From NCBI GenBank assembly GCA_010093995.1, contig ML992512.1, positions 939,831-1,003,830 of the forward strand: a stretch of 64,000 bases of DNA. The letters are read 5' to 3'. Under the pieces are notes generated by a model. The model ran no database searches, was not told the DNA's origin, and saw only the letters and a list, made by a program, of their open reading frames with translations. Positions within the stretch are counted from its first letter, which is position 1. Every line of letters starts with the position of its first letter. A program made the translations under genes and the position numbers. Shown here piece after piece: positions 12,247-25,195 of this stretch. This DNA is from Elsinoe ampelina. Its lineage: Eukaryota.

Positions 12247-12438
12247 GGGAGTATAACCTTTAGCCATATATCACTTCTTGTCGGAGGATACGCCGAGCAA
12301 TACTCACGAATATGCGTTTTTTGAAATCTGGTATGTCTATAAGGAATATCATCCATCCTTGACGTCGTGCCTTGCTATTCCATCATTGAGTGGGTATCAT
12401 TACAAGCCAATACCGTAACAGTCACGACACACCATTCT

Positions 12439-12446
12439 TGACGTCA
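12439..12446. promoter_or_regulatory. CRE/ATF (AtfA-type bZIP) palindrome upstream of the SDR
   Basis: TGACGTCA at 12439-12446, plus TGACGTC near 12360. Confidence 0.35.
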
Positions 12447-12652
12447 CGGTAATACAGGCCTCCAACTTGAGCCTTTCACTCCCAAGCATTCATTCATTCC
12501 TACAAGAGCAGGGCAGAGTCGTTCAATTTCCTTGCACAACGTGAATACTCACACGCAAAGCAAAGAAGACAGCATCAATTGACCAGTAATTTGTCCTAGC
12601 CACATTCGCCAGCGCTATCGAGCGTCAGTCTTCCATCCGCCGCCCCCTTGTC

Positions 12653-13546
12653 ATGGCTAGTCCTACAACTCTCACTCCCCTCGACCTGGGATTCGGACTC
12701 GAAAACGACCACATCCTGATCACCGGCGGCGCAGGCCTCATTGGTCGCTTCGTCGTCCAAGCCGCCCTCTCCACCGGCGCCCGTGTCTCCTCCCTCGACC
12801 TCTCCTGCGCAGAAACCACATCAACCAAGCCCCAACCAGGGTCCAACTCCTCCTCACTCCTCACCGTCAAAGCCGACATCTCCTCCGTCTCCTCCCTAAC
12901 ATCAGCCTGGTCCACCGCCGTCGCAGCCCACGGGCCCGTCTCGGTCTGCGTGGCTCTCGCCTCCCTCGATCTCTCCGTCGTCCCCCAAACAGCCTCCATC
13001 ATCGACAACGACCCCGAAGTCTGGTCCCGCGTGCTAGACATCAATGTCAAAGGCACAATGCTCACAGCCCAGCTCTGGCTGAGAGGAATCAGGGATCACC
13101 TCGCGTCCTCTCCACAAGCGGCCCGGGATCTCCCCAACCCAGCGCTGATCATCATCGGCAGCGAAGCCGGTCACTTTGGTGTTCGTACTTGTCCTGTCTA
13201 CGCGGCGGCCAAGTCGGCGGTGCAGTATGGTCTGCTGCAGAGTCTGAGGGCGGATGCGCCTAGGATCCATGAGCGGGCGAGGGTGAATGCCATTGCACCT
13301 GGGCCGGTGGACACGGTGCGGTTTCACGATGAGACGGGCGGGGAGGGGACGAGGGAGTGGTGGGCCGAGTGTCAGGCCACGACGGCGTTGGGGAAGCCAG
13401 TACCTGCCGAGGCGGTGGCGAGGATGGTGCTAGTGTTGGCGAGCGAGAGGTGGAGCGGAAGTGTTCATGGGAAGTGTGTCGCTGTTGATGGAGGCAAAGA
13501 CGGGGCGTTGATGTGGGGGCCTGAGGAGAAGATTAGGGGTAGCTGA
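12653..13546 (+). CDS. Short-chain dehydrogenase/reductase
   Basis: TGGAGLIG Rossmann motif, catalytic S...YAAAK, VNAIAPGPVDT, VDGG; intronless 297 aa. Confidence 0.85.
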   Translation: MASPTTLTPLDLGFGLENDHILITGGAGLIGRFVVQAALSTGARVSSLDLSCAETTSTKPQPGSNSSSLLTVKADISSVSSLTSAWSTAVAAHGPVSVCVALASLDLSVVPQTASIIDNDPEVWSRVLDINVKGTMLTAQLWLRGIRDHLASSPQAARDLPNPALIIIGSEAGHFGVRTCPVYAAAKSAVQYGLLQSLRADAPRIHERARVNAIAPGPVDTVRFHDETGGEGTREWWAECQATTALGKPVPAEAVARMVLVLASERWSGSVHGKCVAVDGGKDGALMWGPEEKIRGS

Positions 13547-13594
13547 GCGCAGGCACGTGACTACATATTGTACATTCGCTGTGCTGTCATGATG

Positions 13595-14534
13595 CTATGA
13601 GAACAGGTTTCGTCCATTTGGAGAAGCCCTGCTGCGCTCGTATAACCACTTGCTGTTGAGCGCTACGCTTGCTCTCCCTGTGCCTATGCTTGGCGTGGGA
13701 GTACTCGGCAGACCGCTGCTGTTGCTCCCGCCTGTATCAAAACTCAATCTCCTACCTGCACTTCCTGTCAAGGACTCCCTGAGAAGTGGGCTGCCAGTGT
13801 ATGGACTTCCCGATCCTGCACGACCGCCATAACCCATGCTCCTGTCCATGGATCCACTTCTACCTCTCGCGTTTAGAGGTGATCCCGATGCCGGAGATTT
13901 TGAGGTGCCTCTATCCGATGCTGAAGACTTTGGTGTTGCTGATCTTGAATAGCGTGGTGGTGTCAGAATTTGCGATCCCGGCGTCAAAGGCGCTCCATTC
14001 GGCTTCAACCCAAGCAATTGTCGTTGTGAAGGTGTGAGAGGGATGTCGTTGAAATCGTCCTGTTTGCGAGCGAGTGGTCTGAAGGCGAAGATGAAGTTGA
14101 TGAGGAAGATGACCCGCACGACCAGGATTGCGTACTCGTCGTAGGGACTCAGAAACTTGACCAAGCTCTTTGCAAAGTTGGGGGCACTGCGATGGATCAA
14201 TGACATGCAGATGCTACAGTAACAGAGCCACTCACAAGGCAGATGTGAATTTCGGAGCAGCCAGAGATATGACAAAGAACAATCCATTCTGGATGGCTGA
14301 CCTGACATTCTCGCTGTTGAAGCTGGCTGCATTCTGCCTCCTTGCAATCTCGTCCATCTGTGGATGTCGCCATGTACCTGGCTGTTGCGGGGGTAGTGGC
14401 TTTTGGGAGCGAGGAGTCTGTGGTCCTGGCGAAGGCGGCAATGGCTTGTTTTGCTGGATTGGGTTGAGCTTCTGGTTGACTGTCTTGAGAGCATTGGAGG
14501 CAGAGCCCGTGAGTGCGACTGCAGTTGACGACAT
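13595..14534 (-). CDS. POM34: Nuclear pore membrane protein Pom34-like (NPCC domain); intron 14187-14235
   Basis: GTWRHPQMDEIARRQ, two hydrophobic segments, DIPLTPSQRQLLGL, TPPRYS, NSKWLYE. Confidence 0.7.
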
Positions 14535-14846
14535 GGCTACGAATCCAGGGACAGGCGCGTGATATCTGGCCAATGTAACTGTCAAGTTAGTGAGCTTACC
14601 TTATGGTGCAAAGCACCTCTACTCAGTGAAATAGGACTGAGCTGTCGTGTGAGAACAAAGATGAGGTAGTGAGTGTTTTGATCTGCAAACCAACCTCAAT
14701 TCTGCCGGGCGGTGGCGTCGCATTCGACCAAGGTGGACGTCAGCCTGCCATCTTCCTCTTCCTCTTCTTCACATTCAACACGACAATGCAGATTTGATCT
14801 TTGTCTTCAATCGATCGGCCTGGTTGCCGATCGACACTTGTCCAGG

Positions 14847-15941
14847 ATGAGCACGACGATTCCAAAGCGGCACAAGAACCGCAAGGTGTTGCTGATGGGC
14901 AAATCTGGAGCTGGCAAATCATCCATGAGGTCAATCATCTTCAGCAACTATGTCGCCAAAGACGTTCGCCGACTAGGCGCAACCATCGATGTCGAGCACA
15001 GTAACATCCGCTTCATGGGCAATCTTACCCTCAATCTTTGGGACTGTGGTGGGCAAGACGGCTTCACCGAGAGTTATCTCACAAACCAGCGCTCACACGT
15101 CTTCAGTGCTGTAGCAGTCCTGATCTTCGTCTTCGATGTCGAGTCTCGCGAATTCAATGCAGATCTGGTCAACTTTGCGTCTATCATCACGGCCCTGCGA
15201 GAGTACACGCCAAATGCACGCATCTTCGTTCTCATCCACAAGATGGATCTGATTGCTCCAGATAAGAAGGAAGCTGTCCTTACGCATCGCAGTCAGGAGA
15301 TTAGACGTGTGGGAGTCGAGAACGGTTTCGGAGGCCAGGGAGTCGGATCTGGAAGGGAGATGGAGTTTTGGGGCACCAGCATCTGGGATCAGAGTCTGTT
15401 CAAGGCTTGGACGCAGGTCATCTATCACCTCGTGCCGAACGCCACCAGTATCGAGTCGCTTCTCAACAAAATGGCCGACATTACCAATGCTCATGAATTG
15501 GTTTTGTACGAAAGGACGACTTGTCTGACCATCACGCATGTTTCGAGGAACTACGAGGAAACTGGCAACCCATTCAAGGACCGATTCGAGAAGCTGTCGA
15601 GTATTCTCAAGAGTCATAAACAAAGCATTGCAAAGCATACCGGTCTACCCGCAGGGTCTGCCAACTTCGCCGAACTCCAGATCAAGACCGGTCGTTTTAT
15701 GTTTTTCATCACTCGCCTTACCGAGAACACGAATCTTGCGGTAGTGCTGCCGCCCGGAGAAGCCTACTTCAACTGCGCTCGCGTCAACATCATGCGGTCT
15801 AGGCAGCAATTTGAGGAGCTTGACATCAATGCCAAGTCATCACGAGCAGAGGCGCATCGAACAGCAGAGATGACCAAGCAGATTGACCATTCGCGAGGCA
15901 TTGATGCGAGTATAGCATCGCTTGATAGAGGGTATGGCTGA
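14847..15941 (+). CDS. GTR1: Rag GTPase Gtr1/RagA
   Basis: KVLLMGKSGAGKSSMRSIIF, LGATIDVEH, WDCGGQD, HKMD, TSIWD. Confidence 0.95.
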   Translation: MSTTIPKRHKNRKVLLMGKSGAGKSSMRSIIFSNYVAKDVRRLGATIDVEHSNIRFMGNLTLNLWDCGGQDGFTESYLTNQRSHVFSAVAVLIFVFDVESREFNADLVNFASIITALREYTPNARIFVLIHKMDLIAPDKKEAVLTHRSQEIRRVGVENGFGGQGVGSGREMEFWGTSIWDQSLFKAWTQVIYHLVPNATSIESLLNKMADITNAHELVLYERTTCLTITHVSRNYEETGNPFKDRFEKLSSILKSHKQSIAKHTGLPAGSANFAELQIKTGRFMFFITRLTENTNLAVVLPPGEAYFNCARVNIMRSRQQFEELDINAKSSRAEAHRTAEMTKQIDHSRGIDASIASLDRGYG

Positions 15942-16479
15942 GAGGACAAATTATGCTTTGCTGCATTCGACACAAGCCCCACCAAAGTATCATTTGCTCG
16001 ACCCTTTCCAGTCAGCCATACCGCGGTCATCCGGGGGCAGCAGAAACTCCTCCCACTGCTCGAAGATCTTAGTTTCTTCGTTACACCAGAAACAGGTGGG
16101 ACAGGTGGAAGAAGGATCACCCCATGGAAAGTTGGCATTGCCGAGAGAAAGATCCAAGCCATGGATGATGCAGGACTGGTACGAGTATGCCGGGATGAAC
16201 CCGATGAGGTCGCTATGTACATAATAAGATGCCAACCCGTTCTAGATGCTTTGCGGAATTACAGTTCTTCGCGAAGTAGAAGTGCTCGCGATCATGGAGT
16301 AATAGCATTCTCCCCACTGGTCCGCGTAACACGTGATCCGTTCTGGTCGCTCCGAAATTTTCCCGTCCCGATCTCTCCCAGCATCATGCCGAAACACCTC
16401 TTCGCAACCAAGCAATACCTCTGTTGAACCGCCATTGACCTCTCCACTCCACCCCATTGACCTCGTCACCGGTCTAAAC

Positions 16480-17232
16480 ATGTCCGCCACAGCTGTCTTT
16501 CGCCTCGCGGCCCGATCACGATGCACAGCCCGCGCCGCACGCTTCGCTATCGCGCGCCCGAGCACCACCAGCCAGGTTTTTCAGTCGACGAAGAATGTCA
16601 GGGGATTCGCCGTCTCCGCCAGAATGAGCGCCGATGTGGATGCGCATGATCCGCATCACGAGGAGAGCTTTGAGGAGTTTACAGCAAGGTAAGAATACCT
16701 GGGTTGGTGGTTAGGGGAGAATAGCAGGAATGAGGTCCGAGGAAGCTTTGATCCGGTCAATCGAAATGCAAGAACTGGCAATTGGGAAATCAAGAAGACA
16801 CGGCAGCTGATATGTGTGGTTCCACAGATACGAGAAGGAATTCGACCAAGTCAACGACGTCTTCGAGCTCCAGGTATGCTACCCGAGGTCCGATCTGCTG
16901 GCATGGCAGCAGCTTCATGAGACAGAAGCTAACATGCACCCAGAGAAATCTCAACAACGCTTTTGCCTACGATCTCGTCCCCTCCCCATCTGTCATCACC
17001 GCCGCCCTCCGCGCAGCTCGCAGGGTGAATGATTTCCCCACCGCAGTCCGGATCTTTGAAGGTGAGACATGCGGATCCACAACCTTGATGACCGACGGAC
17101 TAACACCCAACAGGCATCAAGGCCAAAGTCGAGAACAAGAACCAATACGAAGAGTACCTTAAAGAGCTAGAGCCGATAAGGGAAGAGCTAGGCGTCAACC
17201 TCAAGGAGACAATGTACCCGGAGACGTCGTAG
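16480..17232 (+). CDS. COX6: Cytochrome c oxidase subunit VI (COX5A family); exons 16480-16688, 16828-16873, 16944-17061, 17114-17232
   Basis: Mitochondrial presequence, HHEESFEEFTARYEKEF, LNNAFAYDLVPSP, ALRAARRVNDFPTAVRIFEGIKAKVEN; three canonical introns. Confidence 0.93.
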
Positions 17233-17745
17233 AGTGAGCGAAGTGGCCACTCCGCTCAACCTGTTCGTCCTGTCCGCGTATAGGACAAAAAGGAGAGACC
17301 GAAGATCTGTGTGTAATTGTAAATCTTGCAGAAGCCAGGGAGAAAGGGGGGCGGAGAGAGCGAGAGAGAAGAGATGTGGATGGCTGCAATGGCGTAGGTA
17401 CAAATGCTATAGAGAGAAATCGCAATCTTCAGCCCCAGAGAGACACCTGTAACGTGTGATGTTTGACTTTCAATTCTCCATTTCCTTTCTTCTACGGCCG
17501 TCTCATATCAGAAACACCAAATACAAAAAGAAGCAGAGTCAACTCGTTATTCCACTCCCGTCCTTCCAACTTCCCACCTCTACTTTTCATATCATGCACA
17601 GAACATCACCTGAAAAGGATTCTGAGCGGGATCAATCATATTACACTTTCCCCTCGATCAATCGAGAAAATGTTGGCCCAGCCGTTTCCTTGTATGCCAA
17701 AAGCCACGCTTGCTCCTTTGCGCCGATGCACCATGTTTTGCCTCT

Positions 17746-17789
17746 GCCTGTCGAGGTCTATAGCAGCCTGTCGAGGTCTATAGCAGCCT
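17746..17789. repeat. 20-bp tandem duplication downstream of the PP2A B' gene
   Basis: GCCTGTCGAGGTCTATAGCA twice plus GCCT. Confidence 0.9.
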
Positions 17790-17861
17790 CTCGTGGGTGC
17801 CTGGTTTTCGTCATCCCGGGCCCTGCTCTAGATTGCTCCATATGCCGAGCCCGACCGGATC

Positions 17862-20057
17862 CTACCGAACCGCATTCGCCGCTGCAGTTCTTGATGCCTC
17901 GTCGGCGAGCTTGAGATTGCCTAGCCTCGTGGTGCCGAGGGAATCTGCCTCGTCCGCTCGAGTAGGACTGACAACTCGTGGCGGTCCTTGGATACCTTGG
18001 CTGGTGTGAGTGATGGTCTTGGGCAGCGGGTTGCCGTTGGTGTGTGCTTTGGCAAGAGCGGCAAGACGATCCCAGCGAGCTTGTCGGTCCTTCTTGACAG
18101 CATCGGCGTTGTTCTGCTTCTCGGTGTAGTCGTGAGAACAGTCGTCGAAGAGCTGAGGATTGACCTCCATGAACAGCTTCATCGCGTTATACACCATGCC
18201 GTGAATTGTTCTGTAATTAGTTAGTCATGATCAACGCGTCGTCAGATCCGAGATTTATCTTACCGGTTCCAATGCCCCTTGGAGTTCTCATAGAGTGGCG
18301 CAAACATGATGGGCAATATGACTTCGACATTGTCACTGACCAGGTTGCAGAAGTACTCATTGTTCCAGAAGTAGAGAGCTCTCTCGGCCACCTGGAAATG
18401 CGGACTCGACACAGACTTTGCGAGCTGAGTGAAAAGAGCTTCTTGCACCTTTGCAAACTCTGCCGGATCCATGACCTCGAAGATGTCCTCGACCTCGTTA
18501 AGGAACATGACTTCTTTTGTGCTGTTGACTTTCGGCCAATACCGCAAGAGACCAAGGACAACTTCTTCGGTGAGACTGGCGTCCTTCTCCAAGAATTGGA
18601 CGATACAGTATGCGAGCTGTGGGTGATACATGCTGAGACTCTTGACCTTGTGCAGCGGAATGAGCACGCGAGTCAAGAACAGCTTGTGCTCTTCCTTCAG
18701 TGGCAAGGCGAATCCATTGATGATCGATCCGAGTATTTCTAGAAGCTCAGCAATTCCGTTGAAGCGCTCGGTTTCGTAGACGAATTGGAAGAAGACATTG
18801 TTGATGGAGCGGCGGATGAAGGATCTCAGGTTGAGGAACTTCCCATAGATCCTGTGCAGTGTGGTTTTGAGGAAGTCGCGTTCTCTTGGATCTTCCGAGT
18901 CGAATAGCTCAAGTAGCGAGAGGACAAAAGAGTGGTCGATGTACTGTTTGGCGAAGTTGGTGTTGAAGTCCTGGCTCTCGATGAATCGCAGGAAGAACTC
19001 ATAGACGACCTGGATATGTGGCCACGCGACTTCAAGGACCGGCTCATCTTCCTCTGGGTCGAAGGCTTCTCCCTGAGGGTTGACTGGCGGCGGTATTGGG
19101 CGGAACAGATTCTTGCTAAACATCTCCACCACTCTGGGATACATGGGCTCGGTGATGACCTGGCGGTTTTGTGCCACATAGTCCAACAGTTCGTGCAATG
19201 CTAGACGCTTGATCTCCTTGGACTTCATATCGGCGCTAGGATCATTAAAGTCGAAGATGATGTTGCACTGGTCGAGCTTCTGCATGAAGAGTTCCTGTCT
19301 GCGATGGGGAGAAACCTCGTGGAATCCAGGCAACTTTTCGAGCTCGCGTTGCTTCTGGTCGGAGATGTCGAATCTTGACGAGTGCTGGCGTTTTGGAGTT
19401 CTGATACCTTCTGGGACGACATCCTTGGGCGTTGTCTGCAGCCTGTCAAAGAGTAGAGATTTCGTGCCTGCTTTTGGCGGGGCAAGGTCGTGGGGCATAG
19501 TTTCGGCAGCACCTGGAGGTGGTACATGCTTGGAGAAAAGTAAGTATTCGTGCGACCCGCGATCTTGAAGACAACACTTACGGGCGCGCTCGGTGAGATG
19601 ACTACGCTTGGCGGTATTGAGCCACCACTGCCACCAAAACGATTGCCGGGTGTGATGGGAGCCGACGAGCTCAGATTCGCATTGGAACCCGGACCTTGCG
19701 GGATATACTGATGTGGTGGTTGGGCTCTGGACTCGGAATGGCCGTCTCGTGCGGATTCAGAACTCGACGACTTTGTCCGCTCTGATAGATTGTGCTGCGA
19801 CGAAGAAGGGGTGGGTTGAGCGGAATTGGCTGGTGATTGCGCCGAGGCTGGTGACGATGTGCCCGAATCACCCTTGCTCTTCTTTGTGATCTTGTTGCTG
19901 TCTTTCTGACGCGTCAATTGTAGCTGGTGGTTATGTTAGAGCGACTGGCGGAGTCTGAGGGACATAATGCGGGGGGGGATGCTCTGCGCGACGGTCAGCT
20001 GTAGATCGCATAGAGCGATCAGAAGTTACACACCACTCTCTGGCGGAAGCCCTTCAT
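17862..20057 (-). CDS. RTS1: PP2A regulatory subunit B'/B56 (Rts1/ParA), multi-exon
   Basis: Starts [71 protein letters not shown]. Confidence 0.95.
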
Positions 20058-21001
20058 CTTGGCCTCGACACGTTTTGATCTAGGACTTTCTGATTTCTGT
20101 TGACGGCTGGCTGCAGTTGAGCTTGCCAAGTCTGACGGAAACAAGCTCCCTGAGGTCGAATTGAAGTGTGGGTGGGAAGGCGGGTCGTCCTGGAGGTCTT
20201 GCGGCGATGCGTCGTGATGGATTGGAGGTTCGTGAGAAGAGGTCGTCAGGTCGTCAGGTCGATGCTAGGGATCCATGGGCAGAAAGACGGCTAGGTGGAG
20301 GACAGGTTGTTTGCGGTGATGATGGGGTGAGGAGTAGGAGGATCGGGACCAAGGACGTCGATGCTCAGTGCTCCACTTCCACCACGGCGGACGAAGAGAG
20401 AGAAGCACAGGGTTCGGCGACTCTCCAAAGGGTCACGCTAGTCCGGTACGTATCTTGCGAATGCCCAGGGAGCTCCGGTTCGGGTGAGGGTGGATAATGA
20501 CGAGCTTGATCTGGGAGGTTTCTGTCAGAATTACAGCTCAAAATTCGCGAGTGACGTTTCCCGGCAGCGCTTGGAGTTGGCAAGCAGCAGCGAGCAGTGG
20601 AGCGATTGATGGAAAAGAGGTGTGTTTTGGGGAGAGGCGTTCACTCGCTGGACTCGCTGGAGTGATTTGTGTCAATGGATCTGGATTCTGGTCCGACTGG
20701 GGAGGGCCATGGCGCTGATTGGCTGAAGCTGGAGAGATGCAGCGGGTGGTCCCGTGTGCCTTTCTTGCCCAGTTGAGCCTCATTTTACTTTTCCATCACC
20801 TTCGCATTTCTCTTTCGTCAAGAAACCGTTCGACACTTCACCGTTGGTTGGTGTCCCACGTCGCAGAACGGCTCACTATTGTCGTCCATGCTCACAGCAA
20901 TACCGTTGTACGACAGACTGCAACCTGCTTGATTCCAGACGAGGCAATGACACGGTGGCGCACTGACTGGACGACGTAACAGCCTGGAGTCACATAGCCA
21001 G

Positions 21002-23020
21002 ATGGACATCCGCAGTATGGAGGGCGCTATCACAGATCCAGCCGCAGGAATGGATGTGCCTGCTGAGCCGCAAGACCACACCATGGCCAGTCCAAGCCCA
21101 TCCGTCACGTCCGGATCTGATCACTCCGAATCCGCTGGCAGAACCTTGACAGTGCCCCACGATCGCATCGTCGGTATTGAGCACCCGTGCATTATCAGAG
21201 ACATTGACAATGCTGTCAAGGCGCTTGGAGGCGAGCAACACATGAAGAAGGTGTGTGTAAGACAGCGTCAAGTGCACGGCATCATGAACGCAAGCACTGT
21301 TGAGTATGTCAAGGCAGGTATCTGACTATTTTCTTTTCAGATTTTGAATGAGAATGGTTTCGCTGCCACTTCATTACGTCCTGATGATCCCTTTGCGAAG
21401 AAGCTTGTGTCTCAGAAGTCGGATGTAGACCACGTGCTGCTTCGCATCGTCCTTCCAAGGCGGACAGGTCGCAAGCGGAAGCGAGGGACCAACGAGCCCT
21501 ATGAATTCCACGACGAGCTACAACAAAGTAGCGCGCTGAATGGCAAGCCACTTGTACCTGATACTGGCCACGATGGCACCACGAGCGACGACCGCACACT
21601 TCCACTCAAGGCTGATGAACTGCTCGAAAAGCTCTCCGCAGCAGGCAACACCTATACCGTACAACCAGTCGGAACCATTTATGCATCTCATCGCTTCCGG
21701 TCTTTGCCAGACTTCCAGCATATCTCTCAAGACTCTCCTTTGTTCCAGTCCATGGCAGCCTCTCTACTACCGCTCAATCTCGACAGTATCAAGACCTTCC
21801 AACCCGACTTCTCCGTAAACGCCAATTCGGACTACATCTCTGGCCCTCCACGCTTCGCACCTTACAACCAACCACTCAATTATGGCTACGGCCAGAATCG
21901 GGCGACCATCACCACAGTCGACGACACCGGCCGCTTCAGGAGCAGCAACATCAACATCCCCCGCAAACGCCACCAACTCGCCATCCGCGTCGAGGACGCC
22001 GCCCCTTCCTCGCCTCCCTCCGCACTCCCACCACTCACCTCCTGCACCCGATCCCTTCAAAACGCCGTCTCCACCCTCACCACCCTCCTCCGCACCCGCC
22101 AAGTCACCACCCGCCGCGCCGCCCTCAACCTCCTCCCCGACATGACCGAGCAACTCTTCAAAGACGCCACGCAATACGTCGGCTACGCCTTCAAATCCGG
22201 ACCCTGGAAGGACTGCCACGTCCTCTACGGCGTGGACCCCCGCCTCGATCCTTCGTTCCGGGAGAGCCAGATCCTGGTCTTCCAACTCGAGGGAAAAGGC
22301 AAAAGCTCGGCGACGGGGCGGTATAAACGCCCCGAGTTCAGAGGCGGGAGGGACGAAGGGGCGGATCATCACGGCACGAAAGGGAAAAGGGAGGAAGGGA
22401 GGGATCATGTCTTCGATGGACGCTACTTGGGAACCAACAAGACGTTTCAGGTGAGGGATATCGAGGAGCCAATCGTCAGGGCGCTGTTCGACGTGGCGCC
22501 TGTTATGGAGGAATGTGACGAGCATGATGGTTGGTGGGGGAATGGAACCATGTGTTTGGCTAGGTCGATCATGAAGGACATGATTGCTTTGATCCAGAAG
22601 GGCGAGGAGACGGGGAGATGGAAAGAGGCGTACGAGATCGCTGCTGCTAGGATGCCGGCTGTGTTGACCGAGGACAATGTTGACGCGGCAATTCTTGATG
22701 TCAATAAGTTGGAGGACGAGGGCATGACCAGGGAACACGCCAGAAAGTCCGTGGAGCTGGTTCACGCTGCCAGAGCGATCGCGAGGCAGGGCTTCAAGGG
22801 GGTTGGCAAGGGAAGAAGAGGGAGAGGGTCGACTGGGAGATTCACAGTGGGTGATAGGAGGACAAGCACAGCAGCCTCGTCGAGTGTTGGTGATGGAGCT
22901 GCTGACGCCGCTGATATGGACGAAGACGAGGACATGGAAGGTCAGGACGACGATGTTGCAGATGGTGATGATGGAGATGCTCTGGCAGATCTAGAAGCGG
23001 CAGAGTTCATCGAGGAATGA
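21002..23020 (+). CDS. TFC1: TFIIIC subunit Tau95/Tfc1; intron about 21251-21339
   Basis: IEHPCII..AVKALGG, LRPDDPF, FRSLPDFQ, YAFKSGPWKD...GVDPR, acidic tail. Confidence 0.8.
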
Positions 23021-23548
23021 ACCAACCATGAGACCCTTCTGCCATGTCTGCTCACAGACGCGGTATAAATAATTAACAGTATTTCCATTCGCAGTCGATG
23101 CTCTGTGCTATACTACCTGTGCCCGTCGACCAGTCCTTTTCCAGCCTGACGGACCAGCTGTTGAATGTGTATCTATCGACACGCGAGCGCGAAGAGAATT
23201 ACACTGACCCGGCAACCCGAGCAAAAACGCAAGCAGATACCGCCCTGCAAGAGGTGCAAGAGATTGAAAAAGACAGAAGTCCCCCCAACGAATACTAACA
23301 ACACGCAACAAGCTAATGCCCCGCCAAGTGCAATCGACCCATGTATGAACGCTCCCCTTTGGTCTCTTTTTTCTGAACAAATATCGGTCTAGAGGGTGTG
23401 CTGGGAATGAGGAGGAGAGCAATCTGAGAGGTAAATGACTAATAATAGACCGAAGAGGGGGTATGATGCGGTCAAACGTTCAGGTATGTATAGCGGATGC
23501 GCGCAAAAGAATCCAATCAGATCGTTGCATGAAGGACGGGTTCTCCGA

Positions 23549-25195
23549 CTAGAAGACCGTTCCATCCGACAAGATCATGATGGGAGGTTCTTTCGTGTTT
23601 GGCCGCGATACCTCTGCGAGTTCTCGTCCTCCCTGTGTAGTGTCAGCAGCTGCCATTTGTGTTGTGAATGATTATTGCTTACCTTCCATGTACCGGCCTC
23701 GAGCATTTGTGCGAGAGACAGTTGTGCATTTCCGCGAAGTCCAAGCTGGTTGTTGACTTCAATGAGCAGGTCATCGAGGAAAGCGACGGTTAGTGCTCTC
23801 CACTCGACAATGACCGCATCGTCTGCAGCGAAGAGGGGCACGACCTCTACGTTCGGCTGGCCCTCCTTCATGGCATTGTACTGATATTGCTGGAGACCGC
23901 GGACAGCGTCATCCGGCTTGAGGGTGAGAAGGCCAGTATCGACGAGGAGACCACCATTGCGGTACTCTGGTAGACCAGTAAGGAGCTCAACACCAGCAAA
24001 GTGTACATGGAGCAGCTTGGTCATGGGAGTCATGAGCGAGTAGCAGAGCCACTGAGTAAGCTTGTGGAAGGGGATGATCCTGTCGGCGGGGTTGCCAGTG
24101 TCTGGCAACGACTCGCAAGGCCAGGCGTCTCCTAATGATTGACCGTCCAGCTTGGTGCGGGTGGATGGCCAGATTGGTCCAAGACCATCCATTAGCACAT
24201 TCCATAGCGTGGGGACCGGGATGAGAGGAACGCTGGAGGCTTGTGTTGACGGGTGGGAGAGCAGATAGTCTGGTAGTCATGTTAGCGCCAGCACTCTCTA
24301 CGGTTCTAAATATACTCACTAAGCATGCAGCCGGGTCTGGCATCGTCTGTGAACATCTCCGAGTTACCACGGAGGGCATCACCGAGGCGCAACAACAAGT
24401 TTGTCCGTCCCTCGAGGCCATTGAGTGGGTTCTGCTCAGTCACTTGTAGAGCCTTGGCCATGGCAGCCACATTCAGTCTCTTGAGACCTTCGGCATCAAC
24501 CTGGCAGTTGTTGTCGGGGTTGCTGCTGAATAAACCAGCCTTGAACATCTCCAAGCTGGCGACAGCCAAACCCTCGCTACGTCTGTAGAACCTGCCGCTC
24601 TCCTTGCTCTTGTACTGCCACTTAGTTCCAGCACCGGCATCGAGGAGAACAGAGACGAGGAAGAGGTCGATCAGTCTGCGGCAGCGTTCTTGGGTAGTGA
24701 CTGAGCTGGGCCAGGTAGCCATGAGCTGGTCAACACGGGGACGACCGCCAACCTCAAAGTGCTGCCACCTTCCGTGAGGAGGGATCGAGGCATAGTCCGG
24801 AGCATAGTCTCGCTGGATCGCAAGTCAGTCACGGTAGCAATCTAGATGGTGGAGTGTCTCACCTTGATGATGGATACGACATACTGCGCCGTCTCCTCAA
24901 ACTTTGCCATGTCGACATTGAAATGCTTCAATTGGCCCTTCTTGGCCAAGTGCATGACCTCTCTGCTGCGCGAGCGCACTGCATGGATGCTGCGGAGGAA
25001 ACCAGCCGGGTTGATCGAGTAATCTGGCGCACCAGGGAGGGGAATGTTTGGGAGCGAGGCATTGGCCGAGGGGGAGGAATTGACCGTCTTGACATAGATG
25101 GACGCGGCCTTTGAGATACTACCGTGGGTCGAGTTCTTGTCGCTGTCTGCTGTTATGGAACTGTCGTTCCTGCTCTTGTTCTTGAAGAGGCCCAT
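23549..25195 (-). CDS. URC4: Uracil catabolism protein Urc4/Urg3 (DUF1688), multi-exon
   Basis: DLFLVSVLLDAGAG, RSEGLAVASLEMF, PFHKLTQWLCYSL, TGLPEYRNGGL, EWRALTV; ends SDGTVF. Confidence 0.85.

Noticed and set aside
15990..16235. 81-aa minus-strand ORF with CPTC between GTR1 and COX6
   Set aside because: No recognisable domain, and it overlaps the expected UTR/promoter space; unsupported without expression data.
21767..22765. 332-aa antisense ORF inside TFC1, and similar shadow ORFs in other genes
   Set aside because: By-product of codon bias on the opposite strand; no protein motifs.
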